Source: Macrostomum hystrix (lineage: Eukaryota; Animalia; Platyhelminthes). From it: DNA of 64,000 nucleotides. Each line of letters opens with the position of its first letter. The first letter of the stretch is position 1. The stretch covers positions 3,906,001 to 3,970,000 of the forward strand of contig CATNEN010000003.1 of the NCBI GenBank assembly GCA_950097015.1. The letters run 5' to 3'. The notes under the pieces were generated by a model, which was not told the origin of the DNA, did no database searches, and was given only the letters and a program-made list of their open reading frames with translations. Made by a program: the position numbers and the translations under genes. Positions 59,587 through 64,000 of this stretch are shown piece by piece.

Positions 59587-61800
59587 TAGCCTGGGTGTCC
59601 ACCTCAAAGACAGCCAAGCTGTCCACCTCATAGACAGTCTGGGTGTCCACCTCATGACAGTCAGGCTGTCCACCTCATAGACAGTCTGGATGTCCACCTC
59701 ATAGACAGTCAGGCTGTCCACCTTATCAACAGTCTGGGTGTCCACCTCATAGACAGTCAGGCTGTCCACCTTATCAACAGTCTGGGTGTCCACCTCATAG
59801 ACAGTCTGGGTGTCCACCTCATTCACAGTCTGGGTGTCCACCTCATAGACAGTCTGGGTGTCCACCTCATAGACAGTCTGGATGTCCACACCTTAGACAG
59901 TCTAGGTGTCCACCTCATCAACAGTCTGGGTGTCCACCTCATCAACAGTCTGGGTGTCCACCTCATCAACAGTCTGGGTGTCCACCTCATAGACAGTCTG
60001 GGTGTCCACCTCATCAACAGTCTGGGTGTCCACCTCATCAACAGTCTGGGTGTCCACCTCATAGACAGTCTGGGTGTCCACCTCATAGACAGTCTGGGTG
60101 TCAACCTCATCAACAGTCTCGGTGTCCACCTTAAAGACAGTCTGGGTGTCCACCTCGTTCAACTCTAGGTACACACCAAAGACACTCTGGGTGTCCACCC
60201 CACCACCCTATGGACAGGCTAGGGTGTCTAATCTCTTCGGCATATTTTCTCAAAGCAAATATACTTTTAAAATGTAACATTTTCACAAAATCGAATATCG
60301 AATGGCAGTTCTGTTGGCTTTAAGCCGCACATGTAGCTGACTCCAATGATGGATAAAAGCAAAAGCAAACGTTGCAGCGAGTCCATTAGTCCGCAGGGCA
60401 AACGACTCTGTCGCTAGGAAATAAACCTATGGGTGACTTCTCTCCGCTGAGGGTTCTTGCATTATTGATGCTCGTCAAAAGCTGGGTCCCTCTCTCTCTC
60501 CAGAGCTTTGGGAGCAATGCTCTCCCGAGCTGGCAGCCGACGAAACTGGCGGCTTTTAAAAAAACCCTAAAAAATGAGCTCTGAGCTTAGCGGAGTACTC
60601 AGTAGGTGGACACCGATGTGGACACCCCGACTGTCCGTAGGGGTGGACACCCCGACTGTCCATACGGGTGGACAACCCAGATTGCATTTGGGTGGACACC
60701 CAGCTGTCTTTGGAGGTGGACACCCAGACTGTCTTTGGTGGTGGACACCCAGACTGAGTTTCAGGTGGACACCCAGACTGTCTTTGAGGTGGACACCCAG
60801 ACTGTCTTTGAGGTGGACACCCAGACTGAGTTTCAGGTGGACACCCAGACTGAGTTTCAGGTGGACACCCAGACTGTCTTTGAGGTGGACATCCAGACTG
60901 AGTTTCAGGTGGACACCCAGACTGTCTTTGCAGGTGGACACCCAGACTGAGTTTCAGGTGGACACCCATACTGTCTTTGAGGTGGACATCCAGACTGAGT
61001 TTCAGGTGGACACCCAGACTGTCTTTAGTGGTGGACACCCCGACTGTCTTTGAGGTGGACATCCAGACGGAGTTTCAGGTGGACACCCAGACTGTCTTTG
61101 GTGGTGGACACCCAGACTGAGTTTCAGGTGGACATCCAGACTGTCTTTGGTGGTGGACACCCAGACTGTCTTTGAGGTGGACATCCAGACTGAGTTTCAG
61201 GTGGACACCCAGACTGTCTTTGGTGGTGGACACCCAGACTGTCTTTGAGGTGGACATCCAGACTGAGTTTCAGGTGGACACCCAGACTGTCTTTGGTGGT
61301 GGACACCCAGACTGAGTTTCAGGTGGACATCCAGACTGGGTTTCTGGTAGACACTCAGACTGAGTTTCAGGTGGACACCCAGAATGAGTTTCAGGTGGAC
61401 ACCCAGACTGTCTTTGCAGGTGGACACCCAGACTGTCTTTGCAGGTGGACACCCAGACTGAGTTTCAGGTGGACACCCAGACTGTCTTTGGTGGTGGACA
61501 CCCCGACTGTCTTTGAGGTGGACATCCAGACGGAGTTTCAGGTGGACACCCAGACTGTCTTTGGTGGTGGACACCCAGACTGTCTTTGAGGTGGACATCC
61601 AGACTGAGTTTCAGGTGGACACCCAGACTGTCTTTGGTGGTGGACACCCAGACTGAGTTTCAGGTGGACATCCAGACTGGGTTTCTGGTAGACACTCAGA
61701 CTGAGTTTCAGGTGGACACCCAGACTGTCTTTGGTGGTGGACACCCAGACTGGGTTTCTGGTGGACACCCAGACTGTCTTTGAGGTGGACACCCAGACTA
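59587..61800. mobile_element. Foldback-like element: two inverted arrays of a ~24-bp unit around a ~370-bp unique core
   Basis: Left unit AGACAGTCTGGGTGTCCACCTCAT is the reverse complement of right unit TGAGGTGGACACCCAGACTGTCTT. Outer ends mirror each other (TAGCCTGGGTGTCCACCTCAAAGACAG / CTGTCTTTGAGGTGGACACCCAGACTA), and so do the inner ends. Confidence 0.72.
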
Positions 61801-63499
61801 GAACGAGCAAAACGATTTGAAAGTTTTAAAGAGTAAATTGAACTTCACACAGATGAAGCAAATCACAACACATGAGATCCTGTCAATCATAATTCCGTTC
61901 TGAATTCTTACCCTCCTACCCATGTGTCAATTTTTCCCTTCTATTTCCTTTAATCCCATTCAATGACTATATAGTCTTGCAGTACTCAGCAAATGTGCTC
62001 AAATAGAATAATGGGATTTTAACAGACAGAATCGGGACAAGTTAGTTTAGCTATGTGATGATGCTCTCACCGGAGCTCTATCCCCTGTACGTCAGGTGAG
62101 AGCTGCGATGCCGAGGGAAGAATTTTTTGTTAAAATACTCATTTCTCTCTTTACCGCCCATCCGAGAACTAACCGTCCATTTCCCTTTCCTCTGAGCCTG
62201 CACCCACCTCAACGCGCGGTTCTCAAAGCATTCCCCGCTAATAAAGCCTTCTCGTACTGGAGTTGAGGTCCTAGTTGAGATTTTCCTAGGCCTCTGCAGG
62301 TCTTTAAAGATGAGGCTTTCAAGGGGCTTAGCGACAACAACGACGAAGATGATGAGGATCCTCAGGACTAGGGGGTGGGGAAGCGGGCAGAGAATCATAT
62401 TTCCCGGCTCTTCAATCCTCACTCGCCTACCTGCCCTTTCCACGTCATCTTTACAGGCTTCTCTCCGCTGCAGTCTTTACGGCGCCCGGGCAAAGCAAAC
62501 AGGGCGTGCCTATACCCCTGCCCCTCCTGTCCTGTGTACCGCGGCCTCTCTCCTTGTTCCGCGGCCAATGCCTAGCAACTGTTGCTACTCAGCATAAAAG
62601 CCTTTTATATTAAGAATAATTCCCTATAGGGAAGATTCACCTCAGCTTTATAGCGTGGAGGGGATTTTTAGCGAGCTCGAATTTGGATTAGCAAGGCTGG
62701 GTACGTTTTAAGACTTACAGGGCGTACACGGCCCTATCGGATAAGGGACGCCACGGTACCTATGCAAGGATGATTACGAACAGTCCCTGCTTCCCCTTGC
62801 CTGCACACAGCGTGAGCTGACGGCGAGGTTGTTTGAGAAGACAAGAGGACGGGAACGAGACTGAAGAGGATCCTATTCCCCCTAGCTTAATCCCAACCAA
62901 TGGGAGACGGCCAGTGCATGCGATTCCATTGTTTTCAGTCCATGCATGCGGGGGGAGAGAAATAGTTACTCCCGAGAGAGGAAATTGAGGCGCTCCGTCT
63001 GACAGTCAGAGTCAGAGAATTTTCAGCGGAGTTTATTGGTGAGGAGTTGCCAGCAAAAACTACAGTTCCCAGCGGTAACACTGTTCTAGCTTCTGTCGCT
63101 GTTGTGTGCAATCCGCATTTCTAGTATCCGTGTAGGTGGGGTGGCTAAGTTCAAGCTGTCCCGACCCCTGTCTCTCCTCTCTCTCTCTATACTCAAGCTC
63201 AACCACCCCACGAGCAGGGTGTGCTCAAATAATTGGCGCAGTATGCATTTGGTGGAAGGGCAGTTCATTTGATTTTGTCGCAATTTTTGCGATAGCGCGC
63301 AGCGGTCTGTCACAGAACTGCAATTCTGTCCATTTGTGCTGCAGTTTGTGAATCAGCCACTAACCGTGGCAACTTCGGAAGACACGATAGCAAAGCAAGA
63401 TTGTAAGGTAAGTTAAGTTATTTCTACACACCGTTTGTCTTCCCAACAAAAATATTTAACGATTTAAACGAGTTTAATCAGACAAATGTAAGACAGGGC

Positions 63500-63965
63500 A
63501 GAGACAGTATAGAGATGAGACAGGAGATATTGAGACACAGGTGAGATAAGATATAGGAGAGATGAGACACGGGAGAGATGAGGCAGGGGAGAGATGTAAT
63601 GCGGGCTAGAGATATGACACGGGAGAGACGAGATGCGGGAGAGATGAGGCCGGGGAGAGATGAGACAGGGGAGAGATGTAATGCGGGCTAGAGATATGAC
63701 ACGGGAGAGATAAGACGGGAGAGACGAGATGCGGGAGAGATGAGGCCGGGGAGAGATGAGGCAGTGGAGAGATGAGATGCGGGAGAGAGATGAGATGCAG
63801 GAGAGATGAGACAGGGGAGAGATGAGATGCGGGAGACAGATGAGATGCGGCAGAGAGATGAGACAGGGGAGAGATGAGATGCGGGAGAGAGATGAGATGC
63901 GGCAGAGAGATGAGACAGGGGAGAGATGAGATGCGGGAGAGAGATGAGGCAGTGGAGAGATGTGA
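63500..63965. repeat. Purine-rich degenerate minisatellite (GGGAGAGATGAGATGC/ACA...)
   Basis: Tandem low-complexity repetition. Confidence 0.88.
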
Positions 63966-64000
63966 TATGTGACCCAACTGGGTTATGCTCAATAAAAAAT

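Noticed and set aside
62040-63350. Coding exons or an LTR in the GC-richer stretch near the window end
   Set aside because: Only short ORFs with no recognisable motif, and no paired LTR or consistent splice chain.

Overview
Eukaryotic, intron-containing animal DNA with GC-rich exons and minisatellite-filled introns. This style suggests a free-living flatworm such as Macrostomum, which is an inference I cannot confirm. Genes rebuilt from splice sites: a class IV POU factor (-), an unknown two-TM protein (+), two convergent cytosolic Hsp70/Hsc70 genes with HSE promoters, a PAN/C-type lectin (+), an 8-exon RCC1-HECT ligase (HERC3/4-like, -), a 4-exon Bak (-) and a Vav-like RhoGEF (-). Mobile DNA: an internally deleted Tc1/mariner-type element, a hAT MITE, five copies of a tRNA-derived SINE, a probable Merlin transposase remnant and a foldback element whose arms are inverted minisatellites. 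Most ORFs in the supplied track are repeat or antisense artefacts. Three signals stand out. (1) Intron 2 of each hsp70 carries two tandem U14-type box C/D snoRNAs (four in total), and their methylation guide is about 3 nt shorter than canonical U14. (2) The hsp70 pair is homogenised only from exon 2 to the stop codon. (3) A strong triple-HSE promoter at about 51.5 kb has no chaperone gene next to it; it may drive a spliced non-coding leader or lncRNA running towards Bak.
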